From: Cyanophora paradoxa CCMP329
Lineage: Eukaryota > Plantae > Glaucophyta
Length of the DNA: 64,000 nucleotides
Direction: 5' to 3'
Assembly: GCA_004431415.1 (NCBI GenBank)
Contig: QPMI01000453.1
Span: 1-64,000 of the forward strand
Below are positions 11,084 through 22,800 of this stretch, piece by piece. The notes under the pieces were generated by a model. The model ran no database searches. It worked only from the letters and a program-made list of their open reading frames with translations, and had not been told where the DNA came from. A program made the translations under genes and the position numbers. The first letter of the stretch is position 1; each line of letters starts with the position of its first letter.

Positions 11084-11195
11084 TCTTGCTATTTGGCTTC
11101 TATATATATACAATATAAAATTTCCTTTAAGTATTTTCGCGTTTGGAATATCCCCATTTAAAACCTCCCCTTTTATTAGGAACAAGTTAGGAACA

Positions 11196-11795
11196 ATGCC
11201 CCGAATTAGCAACAGACTTATTAGAGAAAAGAAATGGGAACTCATGGGATTACTGGGAACACTGTATGCAGCCCATGAAATTACAGAGGCTGAATATGAC
11301 CGGGAAATCGGATTTATTTCAAGGGGCAGACCCACTTTAGCAAAATTAACCAGAAAAGCCAATAACCTCTATGACAAAGTTGAGACTCTTGATGAACTCG
11401 ATCGCCTGAGGCAAATAGAACCAGAGGCAGAAGATGGCACAGCCATGAATGAATTATATCGCTGGCTCACATACAGAGCCAGAAGGGAAGTTGTTGTTGA
11501 TGTGATTGAATATTTAGATAGAATTGCAACCTCTCTACCAAAACGTTTAAGGGATAGTCTAGATCAATTCAGGGCAATCAAGGTTCGCTTATCGTTTATC
11601 TGCAAGTTCGTAAAAGTCAGCAATCCACAGGTTTGGATATCGAAATACATTTACAGCGATTATTTTGTATTAACCAAATCGAGAAATATTCGAACTGAGC
11701 TGAATAAAGCAGCCCAAATGTGTCAGGAACAGATGAATGTTGTTGATAGCTATCGATTGGAGAGAATCGAAATGCTAAGAGTTGCTATGGACCAC
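11196..11795 (+). pseudogene. Truncated viral ORF resembling the N-terminal region of Polinton pPolB
   Basis: IKVRLSFICKFVK...YIYSDYFVL...DSYRLERIEMLRVAM resembles the region ending in the GSGW.L..I..L.I motif of Polinton polymerases; ORF runs into GC-rich host DNA. Confidence 0.45.
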
Positions 11796-12852
11796 GTCCT
11801 CCTCACCGGCTCCGAGTTCCGGAGCTGCGACCTTTTCGGGCTCCGGATCCTGAACGAGCGGCACAACCTGCATTAACGTATGTTAGGCTCATCTTGTTCG
11901 TGTGTTTATGCAGCGAATGCAACGCGGCACTTACAGTGTTGGCCTCCATCGAAAAGGAATCCGGGCACGGCTTCTTGCCGGATGGGTTGGGGCAGCGCTC
12001 GAAGCGGTTGTTGCGAGCGAATCCAGCGCACTCGGCGACGATTCCGGAGTTGACTTCACCAAATGTGCAGCCCAGAATCTGCAGCAGCACGTATATCGCA
12101 GTTTGAAGTCAAGGGCTGAGCAAAAGCACCTCAGCGCGACAGTCGGCCTTGCCGCACGCAACGACGCCACGGCCGGCGCCGCGGATCGTGCACTGCTCAA
12201 CGCGGAGAGACCCGCCATCCGAGAGAAGCTCGACGCACGGCATTCGCGTCATACCGCCCTGCACGCTGGTGCGGAGCACGTGGGCGGTCGCTCCAGGCCC
12301 CCGCACGTAGATTCCGGGCCACGACCGGTGCCAGCCGTCGATCTCGCAGTCGTCTACCTCCCACTGACCCTTCTCGCCGAAGAAGCCCACGCAACCGACG
12401 ACCGAGAGGCCTCGCAGGACCACGCGACCACCCGCGCCGACGAAACAGAGGCGCGGGAACTGGCCGCGAAACTCCAAGGGCACAGACAGCTTGGGGCGCC
12501 CCCCGTTGGCGTCGACGCCCTCACCGGTACCGGTGATGAGCACCTCGCGCCCCGCGACGTCCAGCTTCATTGACTTGGACGACTCGTACGCGCCCGCACG
12601 GACGCGGATCTCAACGCGGCGGGCTCCGGCCGCCTCCGCGTGAGCCCACGCCGCCTCAAAGGTTGGGAACGCGCCGACCCCTCCTCCCTTGCAGACCACC
12701 AGCTTCGCCTCTCCCGAGTAGGCTCGAAGCGCCTGCGGAAGCTCAGAGAGAGCACCGAGCTTCATGATCATGTAGAGCATGCGGCTCACGGGCTTCGGCG
12801 GTTCCTCGTCGTTCTGCTCCGCCTCCTCTTCGTCTCCGCCATAGCCACGCAT
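11796..12852 (-). CDS. Host right-handed beta-helix (pectin lyase-like) repeat protein, spliced; last exon abuts viral DNA
   Basis: LVVCKGGGVGAFPTFEAAW..VEIRVRAGAY, VDDCEIDG, GIYV, VEQCTIRGAGRGVV; GT-AG introns near 12080-12131 and 11870-11932. Confidence 0.6.
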
Positions 12853-13179
12853 CGGCCGCCTCGCCGGCGGGCGGCGACCACTCGAAGCGCGCCCGGCATT
12901 TGGCGCCTCCCCGTACGCGACCTGCGAATTGACAGTGTACGTGTCAGCAAGGCAAACGCAAGTGAAAACCGCAAATCGAAGTTCGGCGCACCCCCTCCCA
13001 GTCCTCGGGATTCGAGAAGAACTTGCCAACCCCAATTTCGCGGTTGTAGTTGCATGCAGAGCATCCGTATTCTCTTTGACGGTACTCCTCTTCATCCTCG
13101 CCCGTCTTCGGTAGCTCGTGAAAGGGCCGCTGCAGCTGGTGGGCCTGGATGACATCCGTCTCCGGCGGTTTCCAGGCCA

Positions 13180-14332
13180 CTAACTGCGCATGCGCGGTAT
13201 GATCGAGAGACAGTCGACCTCAGAAGCGACGAGCTCGAGCGCAGCCAATACCTTGGACTCAACGACCGTAACGCTTGGGCAGCTCTCAGGTGAAATGGGC
13301 TTCTCGCACGCCCAGACGGCACAACGCTCCAGGCGCACTTTCTCACTTGGCGGTTTCTTGATCATGACGGGCCGATCTCCATAGTCCTCCTCCTCCTCAT
13401 CTGGACTCGTGTCCTGTCCGTATCGGACTGCGGTCACGCAATCTTGGAAGTGACAGCCAACGATCTGGAGAATTCGAAGGCATCAAAGAGCGTTCTGGAA
13501 GAGAGGGGGCGTGGGTCTAGCTCACGCGGTGAGGCCCAGGGTCCGGCCTGTCGCCGAACACCATCCTCTCGACGCCGTCGAAGGCAATCGCGGCTTTCAG
13601 GCCCGAGAACATACAGTCCGACACTTGCAGCGCGGGATCGTCGCGGAAGCAGTGGATCCCCAGCCCGCTCCTGGAGCCATCGAAAGTTCTTTGGCCCTCA
13701 AAGCGACAGGCGGTCAGCTTGACCGACGCTGATTCGAGGTCGTTGATGCCGACGAGAGCGGAGGTCTCGTCGCATGCAGCACGGATGCAGCAGCGCTCGA
13801 GCGAGACGTCGGACCTGCCCTCGACATACATAATCTTGTCAACCGTCATGTCCCGCATGCAGAAGTCGACTCCCTGAAGGCGGAATGAAATTGCTGCCTC
13901 CTGCGGCCGTGATTGATCAGAATCTCTTGAAGGCCAGATCTTAGCTTTCTGAATCGCGCACTCGCGATCGGCTTCTCGGGCACGTGAGGATTGCCCCGGG
14001 CTCGCCACACAGAAGCACTTGCGGCGCCGTCGACGTTCCGTCAGGGTCGTAATCCCTCCTTAACCCCAGCGCTCGTGCACATGCGTGTTCGCCCTCGCGC
14101 ACTACGACCTGCGCAGGCAGCATTTGGAGAATTTCTTTGGACCAAAATCAAAGCTTAAGGCGCTGCGAACCACGATAGTTCTCGCGGGTGGGACCGGCTT
14201 CAGGTGTCTGTCATTGATGGCGTCGAATGCGGACTCCAGCGTTTCGAAGGTGTTCTGAGCCTCCCCCTTCCCATCGATTACATATAGCGGGGCTCCAGCG
14301 GCGGCCGCCTCTGCAGCGGCCTGCCCCGGCAT
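13180..14332 (-). CDS. Host beta-helix repeat protein (paralog 2), spliced, boundaries approximate
   Basis: LYVIDGKGEAQNTFETLESAF, SLERCCI, LTACRFEG, VSDCMFSG, LERCAV repeats. Confidence 0.5.
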
Positions 14333-14449
14333 AGAGCGGGGACCCTGCCGCGCATGGTTGATCATGAGAGACGTGAGAGCGGCGAGCGAAGCGGGGCCGC
14401 GGGCGCCCGGCGCCGCGCACAGTCTGAAGAGCACTGACACCCGCAGGAG

Positions 14450-15716
14450 GTGGGGCTGACGTGCTTTCCATGGCCAGGACCTGCCGAGGATCGAATCACT
14501 GGCACAATCGACCATGACACGGCTTGCGCATGCAATCGCACGGCGTTCCGCTCGAGGGTGAATCCCGGCGCTGTCGTCACCGCGCTGTCGCCGATCTCGA
14601 ACTGCGCGCGCCGCTCAATCTCTGGCGCGAAGGCTTCTGCACGGCAAATTAAATATAAGCCTCGACGACGCACCACTTGGCACTGCCAGAAGACGCACTC
14701 CTCAGCGCGGCCGCTGCAGTGCCCCTTCACGCCAATGCCTGCCTTGCCCCCGTGCAGGAACGAGCGGGAGACCTGCGCGGATGGTGAGGCCCTCGATCGC
14801 GAGCTCCGGGGACCTCCTTTGTTGGAGAGCTGAGATCTAGAGCGGCCAAGGCCCTCGCACCTCGACACGGCAGCCGTCCTTCCCGCCCGCGAAAAGCGGC
14901 GTCGAGCCGTTCAGCTCGCAGCGCTGGATGGAGAGGAGGGCGGAGGGGGCGGAGAACTCGAGGGCCCGCTTGGAGGCGCGCAGGCGGCAGGCGCTCATCG
15001 AGAGTCTGGAGCCCGCGCAGTCCTCCCCGACGGCCGAGACGCAGGAGGTCTTCCGCGCCTGCTGCAGATCGCAGCCGGACAGGGACCAGCGGCAGCCCCT
15101 CCCCTCGAAGCGGACGGCGCATTCCTTGAGCCAGAGATCGGAGAGACTGACGGACGCGGAGTCGCCTAGAAAGATGATGGCGCTCTGATTGAGAATGCAT
15201 GGGGCCGCCGCATCGCCCGAGATTGAGACCTCCCGCCCCTGCACGTTCATCCGCAATGGGGCATGGCGAGACCAGCGCGCCGACGTCGTGCGGCCCTTCA
15301 CGGGCCCGCTCCGGCAGACGAGGATCTCGACGCGGCGCGCCGCGCTCGCCTCTGCTGACACCCACGCCGCCTCGAGCGTCTCAAAGAGCCCTTCCGCCGG
15401 GTTGGGGGCGCGAGACGGATCCACGACGAGGCGCAGGCCGATATGGCCTAGGGACGGAGTTTTCGTGTACCCCAAAAAAAGGGGGCTTCCTGAAAACGTC
15501 TTTCCTGCTCGTGCAAAAGCGCGGCGGGACCAGCGGCTAGCGTAGAAGCATTCGGTAGCCCCTGGCGCGCCCGGTGGTATCGACATCAACGGAATTCCGG
15601 AGATGGAGGTATGCCGGCCGTCCTCTCGCGTTTCGCTCTAAAATCGGACCTTTCGCCACCAAATCCATGGAATAGAAGTTGTTCTCAGTCAGGGGAAGCC
15701 CTCTGGCGCGCGCCAT
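14450..15716 (-). CDS. Host beta-helix repeat protein (paralog 3), spliced, boundaries approximate
   Basis: LVVDPSRAPNPAEGLFETLEAAW..ARRVEILV..GREVSISG, clearly similar to paralog 1; LSGCDL, MSACRL, IQRCEL repeats. Confidence 0.55.
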
Positions 15717-16529
15717 GTTCCCGAAATTTGAATAGTTCTCGTGCCCCCGCTGCCTGCGCAAGCTCCCTCGCGGCGGCGTGCACATGCCCAGACCCTCTAA
15801 AACATAGACTTAGATCCCCCGCCGCCGCCGCGTACGTCCGTTCGGCCCGCCGGGATTTCGCTTGTTGCTCGGTGGCCCGCCGGGCGCCCACGGAATTTGA
15901 TCTCCGACTTTCGAGTCGTGATTCGGAATGTCTCTTCGCCGATCGAGCTTTTCCCGGCCCCGGGTCAAGCTCCGGCGACTCAGTCGTGCCCGCAGTGCAA
16001 ACGATCCATGCCAGTTCCTGCCGGCGACCACGCCGCGCCCCGGATGCCGCCTTAGTCTCTGAAAGAAGTGCTGCCGACGAATCCCTGCTGCCCTCGAGAT
16101 TGCACGTTGACGTTCACGTCTTCGTTGCGCAGAGCAGCCCAGCTGCGCATGCGTCGCTATCAGACCATAGCCAGTACGACCTGCAAGTCGAAGACTTGTC
16201 CGAGGAAGCCCTTTTGACCTCGTCGCTGGCCCCGCGCTCCGCCCGGCTGCATATGCGCGTGCCCCCAGCAAGCGGCCGTTGCCGCAGCGCTAGCCGGCGT
16301 CTAGATTTGATCATGAGCATCGCTAGCCACCGCCCTTTGTGCTCCCTCTGTGCTCTGTGCTCTGACAATGAGAATCCCTTCACTTCTAGCAGGCTTAAGC
16401 TTGCCTGTAACCTCCCCGCTCAGGCCTTGTCAACCGCACCACCGGTATCTGCCCCGCAGGTCATAGCTTTCCCGTGCACATCCGCGGGGGCACTGGGATG
16501 CAAAAAGTCCACGCATCTAATGTTACTAA

Positions 16530-16832
16530 ATGAAAAAGAAAACTAAATCTGCGGCCGCGGCCCCCGCCGCGGCAAAAGCAGCCCCACCTACAAAGGCGTC
16601 CGGCAGCAAGCCGACGGGCCAAAAGAAACAAAATGCAACCAAGCTGCAGCTGAACAAGAAGGCCGGGGGCGCGGGACCCGCGGCGGCTGCGACGCTCCGT
16701 CTGGAGAATGTCTTTCCCCCCAGACTGTTCCCCGAAGGTGGCGACTTCATAGGGGACGAGCCGGCTATCAGGAAGCAGAAACCGGACGGGGTGCTGAGGA
16801 CCATGACCTTCAACACGAGAGGGTCCAGCGCC
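16530..16832 (+). pseudogene. 5' fragment of LINE polyprotein (basic leader plus first APE motif)
   Basis: MKKKTKS...VLRTMTFNTRG, the APE motif I pattern. Confidence 0.8.
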
Positions 16833-17115
16833 TGTCGCATCCGACTTTACAGTGGATGCTCGATTGTGAGCCGCTAGGGCTCTAGATGATGTATGCAGCC
16901 TTCGTGCTGCTAGGCCGACGGCGCCTAGGCTAGTTAGAGCGCCGCGGTCATTTGTATGCGTGTGTCGGGGTACGCCGTAGTTGGACGGGTACACCCTCAG
17001 TCTATCATCACGGTGGCTAACAGCAGCAGCACTCGCCAAACCCCGCCCTGCCGAGCTTGCACTCCGCACGGGCTTCTCGCGCGCACGATTAGACACACTA
17101 ATCTCGCACGCGACA
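16833..17115 (+). repeat. Left LTR (283 bp)
   Basis: TG...CA ends, 6-bp terminal inverted repeat, no differences from 33844-34126 seen by eye. Confidence 0.95.
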
Positions 17116-17137
17116 GGCGCCACTGCCGGGAATCGAA
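17116..17137 (+). promoter_or_regulatory. Primer-binding-site-like sequence complementary to a tRNA 3' end
   Basis: GGCGCCACTGCCGGGAATCGAA is the complement of TTCGATT-CCCGG-CAGTGGC-G-CC (T-loop, T-stem, 7-nt acceptor strand, discriminator, CC); immediately follows the LTR. Confidence 0.8.
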
Positions 17138-18187
17138 AAAGGCTCTCGCCCGGCGGGTGCCGGTACGACTCCAGTGTGTAGTGCCCAGGGGGCAAGGTCC
17201 AACTTCGGGCCGGCGGCCCAGGCAAACCCGCACGAGGCGAGCGGTACGGAGACAGAAGCCGAGGGGGGCCCTGCCCTCATCGCGCAGCACGTTAGCCGCA
17301 AGAGCGCACGCTGCAACAGCAACGCGGGGCGTAGCGTCGCGATGGCGCTCGATAGCCCACAGCAATATGCCCGTCCCAGCGCTTAGGGATATGCAGCCCG
17401 TCGTGCGACGCTGCCTAGGCACAAGCCGCGCTCCCACAGCAATTGCACGGCATCGAATCGGGGGACCCCGACGGCGGTGGAGCTAGGGATCTCCAGGGCG
17501 AGGCTAGGCGCCGCCCACAGGGCTCAAACCACCGTCACTCGTGACGGCAGGTGCCCTGCCCGACCCGTGCATGCACGTCCATTGCGAGGGGGACGTGACC
17601 CTCCCAGGCGAACTGCCACCGAGCGTCCCCGGTGCAGAGCCCTGAATGGGGGAATTTTTGCGTCCCCAGTCGTCGTACCCGGAGTGGGATCCGGCGTAAC
17701 GACCGCCTGCGTGTACCCCCACCGGCGCAAGGCGCGCCCTGGTACACCGCCAGGTCTTACACGGAGGGGGAATGGACATCCCCTGTCGCTGTACCCGAGG
17801 CAGAACTCGGCGTCACAGCCGCCTACCGACCCTTCTGCAGACGCGAGGCGCGTCCTAGGGCTCGGCTAGGTCTTCGGAGGGCCCCAGCCCTGTCACCGTG
17901 CCGAGCTGTGCTCAAGGCCACCGGCCGCCCGCGGCTCATCCAATTTGCCCGGGTCTTTACAAGGGACTCGCACCCTGTCACCGCGCCGAGCTGTGCTCAA
18001 GGCTGACGGCCGCCCGCAGCCTCTTCTCTCGGCTCGGGGCTTTCGCGTTGTGCGCGGGGCTCTGAGGCCCGTCGATCCAGCCCGCCTCGGGCGATCTCTT
18101 GCTCAGCGCTGCCAAGGGGCTAGCGCAGCCGCTCTCATGTCCTTGCCCTCGCGTGGGGTCGGGACGCGGCTCGGAGCCGGCTTTCCC

Positions 18188-19715
18188 TTAAGCCGCTCCC
18201 GCCGGAGCCGCCGGCGCTGCGGCCGCGGCAGCCGGCCCACCCGCCGCCTTGGGCCGCCCTCGGGCCGGCCGTGCAGGCGCGTTCGCGTCTCGCACGCGGA
18301 ACGGGATCATGCAGTCGATATGCACGATCGTCTCACGGGTGTCGCGCGCCTTCTGGCGGCCGGCGCCCACCGCGCCGTAGGGCCGCGCAAGGCCACGTAC
18401 GACGTACGTGTACCCGCCCGGGTGCACGCTCATGACGGTGAAAGGGCCGACCCAGGAGTTGAACAACCCTTGTCACGGTCGCCCAGCCAGCACAGGACTT
18501 TGTCGCCCACGCCGAAGCGGCGGCGGTCCGGCAGGTCACCCGTCCGGTGCACCATTTGGCGGCGGTACCAGCGGCGGTACTCGCGCACTGCAGCCTCGCG
18601 GCTCTTCGCGGAACGCACTACGATTGACACGTAGTCGGCGTAGCTAAGGGTGTCGAGCATCTCGACCCCGAAGCGCACGTCCGCGGGCAGCGTGAGCTCG
18701 TGCCCCAGGTGCAGGAGCGCGGGCGAGTAGCCCGTGGCCGCGTGCACGGTCGTGCGGAGCGCCAGCTGCACCTCGTGCACGTGCTGGTCCCACTCGTGCA
18801 TCGGCTCGCGCTCGGCGCGGCACGCCGCGTGGAGCAGCGTCTTCACGACGCCCCCCAGCCGCTCTACCAGCCCATTCGTCGAATGGTGGTACGCAGCGGC
18901 GTAAATGAAACGAGTCCCGAGCTTCCGGAAGTACTCGTTGAACGGGCCGCCCTTCAGGCTGGACCCGTTGTCCATGAGGAGGCGCAGCGGCACGCCCTCA
19001 TTCGAGACGAAGTCTCGGCCCATTTCGAGCATGGACCAGCCGTCCAGGTCGGCTTTCGGGTACAGCCGCGTGTACTTGTCCCACGCGTTCACCCAGGCAA
19101 CCAAATACCGGTTGCCGCGCGGCGTCGGGTCAAGGTGGAACACGTCCACCTGCCACAAGTCATTCCGGCCCTCGGCCTCGATGACTGCGATCGCGGTTCG
19201 CCGCGGCTTCACAGCCTTGGCGAACTGGCAGCAATGGCAGCTCCGCACGTAGCGAGCGACTGCCGCAAGCATGCCCGGCCACCAGAACCTCAGCAGGATC
19301 CGGCGGGCGACGATCGAGGCGCCGCGGTGGCCCCACCCATCGTGGTACGCGTACAGGACGCGGTCCTGCCAGGACTCAGGCAGGACGGGCACGAAGCGCC
19401 CGTGGGGCGCGGCGGGCGGCGGACGAGCACGCCGTCTGTGTCCACGTCAAATTTCTGGGCGAATTTGACGAAGGCCGCCTTGGCCTGACTGCAGAGGTAG
19501 CAGTCGCCCGTCTGGCAGGAGGCGCGCGTGCAGCGCGCCTCGTTCACGCCGTTCTCGTGCCAGGAGAACAGCTTGCGGCACAGCGAGTCCGCCTTCTGCG
19601 CAGCGAGCAGCCGGACTCGCCGCGCGGGGAACATGTGGCGCAGGGCCTCGGGCAGGGGCCCGTCAAGGGAAGGCGGCGGCGCGCAATCCCAGGTGTCCTG
19701 GACCAGCTCCAGCAA
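18188..19715 (-). CDS. Ty3/Gypsy integrase (frameshifted)
   Basis: HHCC (YHDGWGH..CHCC), WQVDVF, MDNGS, NGLVERL, C-terminal GDKVL and WVGPF motifs. Confidence 0.95.
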
Positions 19716-20984
19716 GCGCGGCTTGCGGCGGTCTCGGACCTCGCCCAGCTCAGGGCCAGGGGCGATGGCGCTGGACGAGAGGAGCTCCCGTTCCAGGCCC
19801 GCGGCTGGGCCGCCGCTCGAGCCGGCGTCGCCGCTCGAGGGCGCCTCAGGGGCAGCCGGCGGCTCAGATGAGCCCGCTGTCGCCGCAGTGGTCGACGCAG
19901 CCGCGGAGGACGACGCCGCCGGGCGCCGCCCTCGGGCCCCTCGTCGGGATCGTCCTGACGGGGGTACAGCGGCGGGCCGCAGCGCCAGTGGCGCGGGTTG
20001 TCGGCCTTGCGGGGCGTCTTGCCCCGGCGCGGGGCCTCAGGCGGACGCTGGTCGCGCGGCAGGGGCGCGACAGGCCCCTCGTAGCGCCGCGGTCCCGACG
20101 GGAGCCGGCGGCGTACGCGATCGAGGAGGGTAACGGGGAACCCGTCCTCGTCGAGCTCAAGCTCGGACGCCTCGCGCGGGGCCTCAGGCCCCGGCACGGG
20201 CGGGGCGACCTCGCCATCGGAGCCCAGCTCCATGGGGTCGGCCTCGGGAGCCGGCGGTGGGCTCGGAGAGCGCGGGGCCGGCGGCAGGCCCTGCTCGACA
20301 GCGAGGCGGTGCCACTCGTCAACCTCCTGCCGCATCGCGGCCCAGGTGGTCGGCTTGCGGCCGCGCCGGGTCGGCGGGCCGGCCTGCGGCAGCTGCAGGG
20401 CTGCGGGCAGGGGCGCCTCCTGCCCAGCGGCAGGGGCTCGGGGTTCGGGCGACGCCGGGGCCCCTGGGGCTCGTCTTCGGCGTCCGCCGGCGCGGCTCTG
20501 GGCGCGCGCTCGGAGAGGGAGACGGGCTCATCGTCGGAGCCCTCTCGGAAGGCCTCAGGCGGCGCGCGCGTCCGGCGTGGACGCGGCCCCTGGGCGGGCT
20601 GGACGTCTCGCCTCGCGGCGGGAGCGCCCTCGAAGGCGAGCTGGCGCCGGAGACGGGCCTGTCGCCTCGCGACGAGGATCTCCGCCCGACTCGGCGGGGC
20701 CGCCGGCGTTTCGGCCTCGGCGGGCCCAGGCGCATGGGCGGGGCCCGGCAGCGCGGCCTCGTCCGGCTCATCAGCCAGCTCGGTCAGGCGGGGGCCCGGC
20801 GGGGCTTCCACGGCAACCCGGGCGTCCGCAGCGCCCTCGGCGTCCAGAGCGACTGCAAACAGCGGCAGCGGCTCATCGAGGTCGCCGGGCTGGGGCACGC
20901 CATGCCCCGCAGCGCCAGCCAGCGCGTCAGGCGCGGCTGAGCTGCCGTCGGCGCCGCCAGGGGCGAGAACCGGGTGGTTCAACG

Positions 20985-22800
20985 GGGGCCGCGAGCAGGC
21001 GTCGGGCCCTCCGTTATTGCGCCCCGCGCGGTACTCTACGACGAAGTCGTAGGACTGCAGGAGGAGGGACCAGCGTCCCAGCCTCCCAGAGGTCGCCTCG
21101 CGCGAGCGCAGCCACTGGAGCGCTTGGTGGTCCGTCCGGACCAGGAACTGGGGCCCTCCCAAGAGGAAGTGCCGCCAGTATTTTATTGCCCATACAACCG
21201 CCAAGCACTCGAGCTCGGTGGCGGTGTAATTCCGCTCAGCGGGCGCCAGCGTTCGGCTGATGAACGCGATGGGCCGCTCACGGGCGGGCGAGCCGCCGTC
21301 GGACTGCGACAGGATCGCGCCGATGGCGTACGTCGACGCGTCGGTCGACAGGATGAAGGGCCGCTCGAAATCCGGGTACCCGAGTACCAGATCCTCGAGC
21401 AGGGCAGCCTTCAGCGCCTCGAAGGCGGCTTGGTGGACCTCGGTCCATTGCCACACGGCGTCCCGAAGCAGCAGGCGCTGCAAAGGGTGGGTGACACGGG
21501 CAAACCCGTTCACGAACCGCCGGTAGTACCCGGCCAAGCCCAGGAACGACCTCAATTGGTCAGCGTTCGCTGGCGGCGGGTACTGGCGAATGAACGCCAG
21601 CTTCGCGGGGTCCTGGCGGATCCCCTCGGCCGAGACGAGGTGCCCGAGCAGGGCAACCTCAGCCACCCCGAAGCGGCACTTGGAGGGCTTCAGGCGCAAG
21701 TTCGCCGGCATTATAACTGCACTTTTTGACATTTGACGATTTCTGCCAATAGTTGTGTCAATACTATTGCAGCGTCAATACTATTGACGCGTCAAAAGTT
21801 TTGGCAAGAATCGGGCAAGAGTTGGGTCAATACTATTGCAGCGTCAATACTATTGACGCGTCAAAAGTTCTTGACGCTGCAATAGTATTGACCAAAGTTT
21901 CGTCAAAAACTATTGACGCGTCAATAGTATTGACGCTGCAATAGTATTGACCGAACTCTTGCCCGATTCTTGCCAAAACTTTTGACGCGTCAATAGTATT
22001 GACGCTGCAATAGTATTGACCAAAGTTTTGTCAAGAACTTTTGACGCGTCAATAGTATTGACGCTGCAATAGTATTGACCCAACTATTGGCAGAAATCGT
22101 CAAATGTCAAAAAGTGCAGTTATACGGCATGATTGCGCGGAACAAGGCCTCGAGGTCCAGCAGGTGCTGGGGCACGCTCGGCGAGAACACCGTTATATCG
22201 TCGATATAAGCGGTGACGCAAGTCGTGAGCAGGGGGCCGAGGATGGCGGTCACGGCGCGCGAGAAGGCGGCCGGCCCGTTGGTCACGCCAAACGGGGTCA
22301 CGCGCCACTCGTAGTGGCCCCAGGGCACCACGAAGGCCGTGTACTGCCGGGACGCAGGGTCCAGCGGCAGCTGCCAGAAGCCCGCCGTCGCGTCGACGGT
22401 CGAGAAGATCATGGACCCCGCAGGCGGTCCAGCTGATCGTCGATCCGCGGCAGCGGAAAGACGTCGCGCTCGGTGATTGCATTTAAGCGTCGGTAATCGA
22501 CGCAGAACCGCCAGGTGCCGTCCTTCTTAGGAGCGAGCACGACCGGCGAGCCGTAGGCGGCTTGCGAGGGCTGGATCAAGCCCAGCTCAAGGAGCCGCTT
22601 TATTTCAGCACGGGCGAAGGCCTCGGCGTGCGGGCTTACACGCCGCGGGGGCGTGAAGACGGGCAGCCGTGAGGTCAATCGGATCACGTGCTCGTAGTGG
22701 AGGAGGTTGGCCGTGCCCTCGGTGGCCGTGACCGAGTCGGCGAACGCGCACGAATAGCGCTTGAGCAGAGCCTCGAGCTCGGCGCGTTCAGCAGTGCTCA
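20985..22800 (-). pseudogene. Ty3/Gypsy reverse transcriptase-RNase H, interrupted by a MITE
   Basis: SPVVLAPKKDGTWRFCVDYRRLN, DATAGFWQL, PFGVTNGP, YIDD, KCRF, LLGH, FLGLAGYYRRFV, TDAS, ELECLA, TDHQAL, PDACSR. Confidence 0.95.
21712..22124. mobile_element. 413-bp foldback/MITE-like insertion with 6-bp TSD
   Basis: 44-bp perfect TIR TATAACTGCACTTTTTGACATTTGACGATTTCTGCCAATAGTTG; CGGCAT duplicated at 21706-21711 and 22125-22130; removal restores FRAIMPANLRLKPSKC. Confidence 0.95.

Larger units (their letters stand above)
1..11795. mobile_element. Endogenous Polinton/Polinton-like virus (PLV) region, probably composite; open at the left window edge, truncated on the right
   Basis: AT-rich, intronless block with pPolB C-terminus, rve integrase, penton, MCP, A32 ATPase and primase-helicase; sharp switch to GC-rich host DNA at about 11,795. 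Confidence 0.9.

Noticed and set aside
17888-18003. CCCTGTCACC in a 31-bp direct repeat of the LTR element, matching the viral motif near 5738
   Set aside because: A 10-bp match across compositionally different elements is plausibly chance
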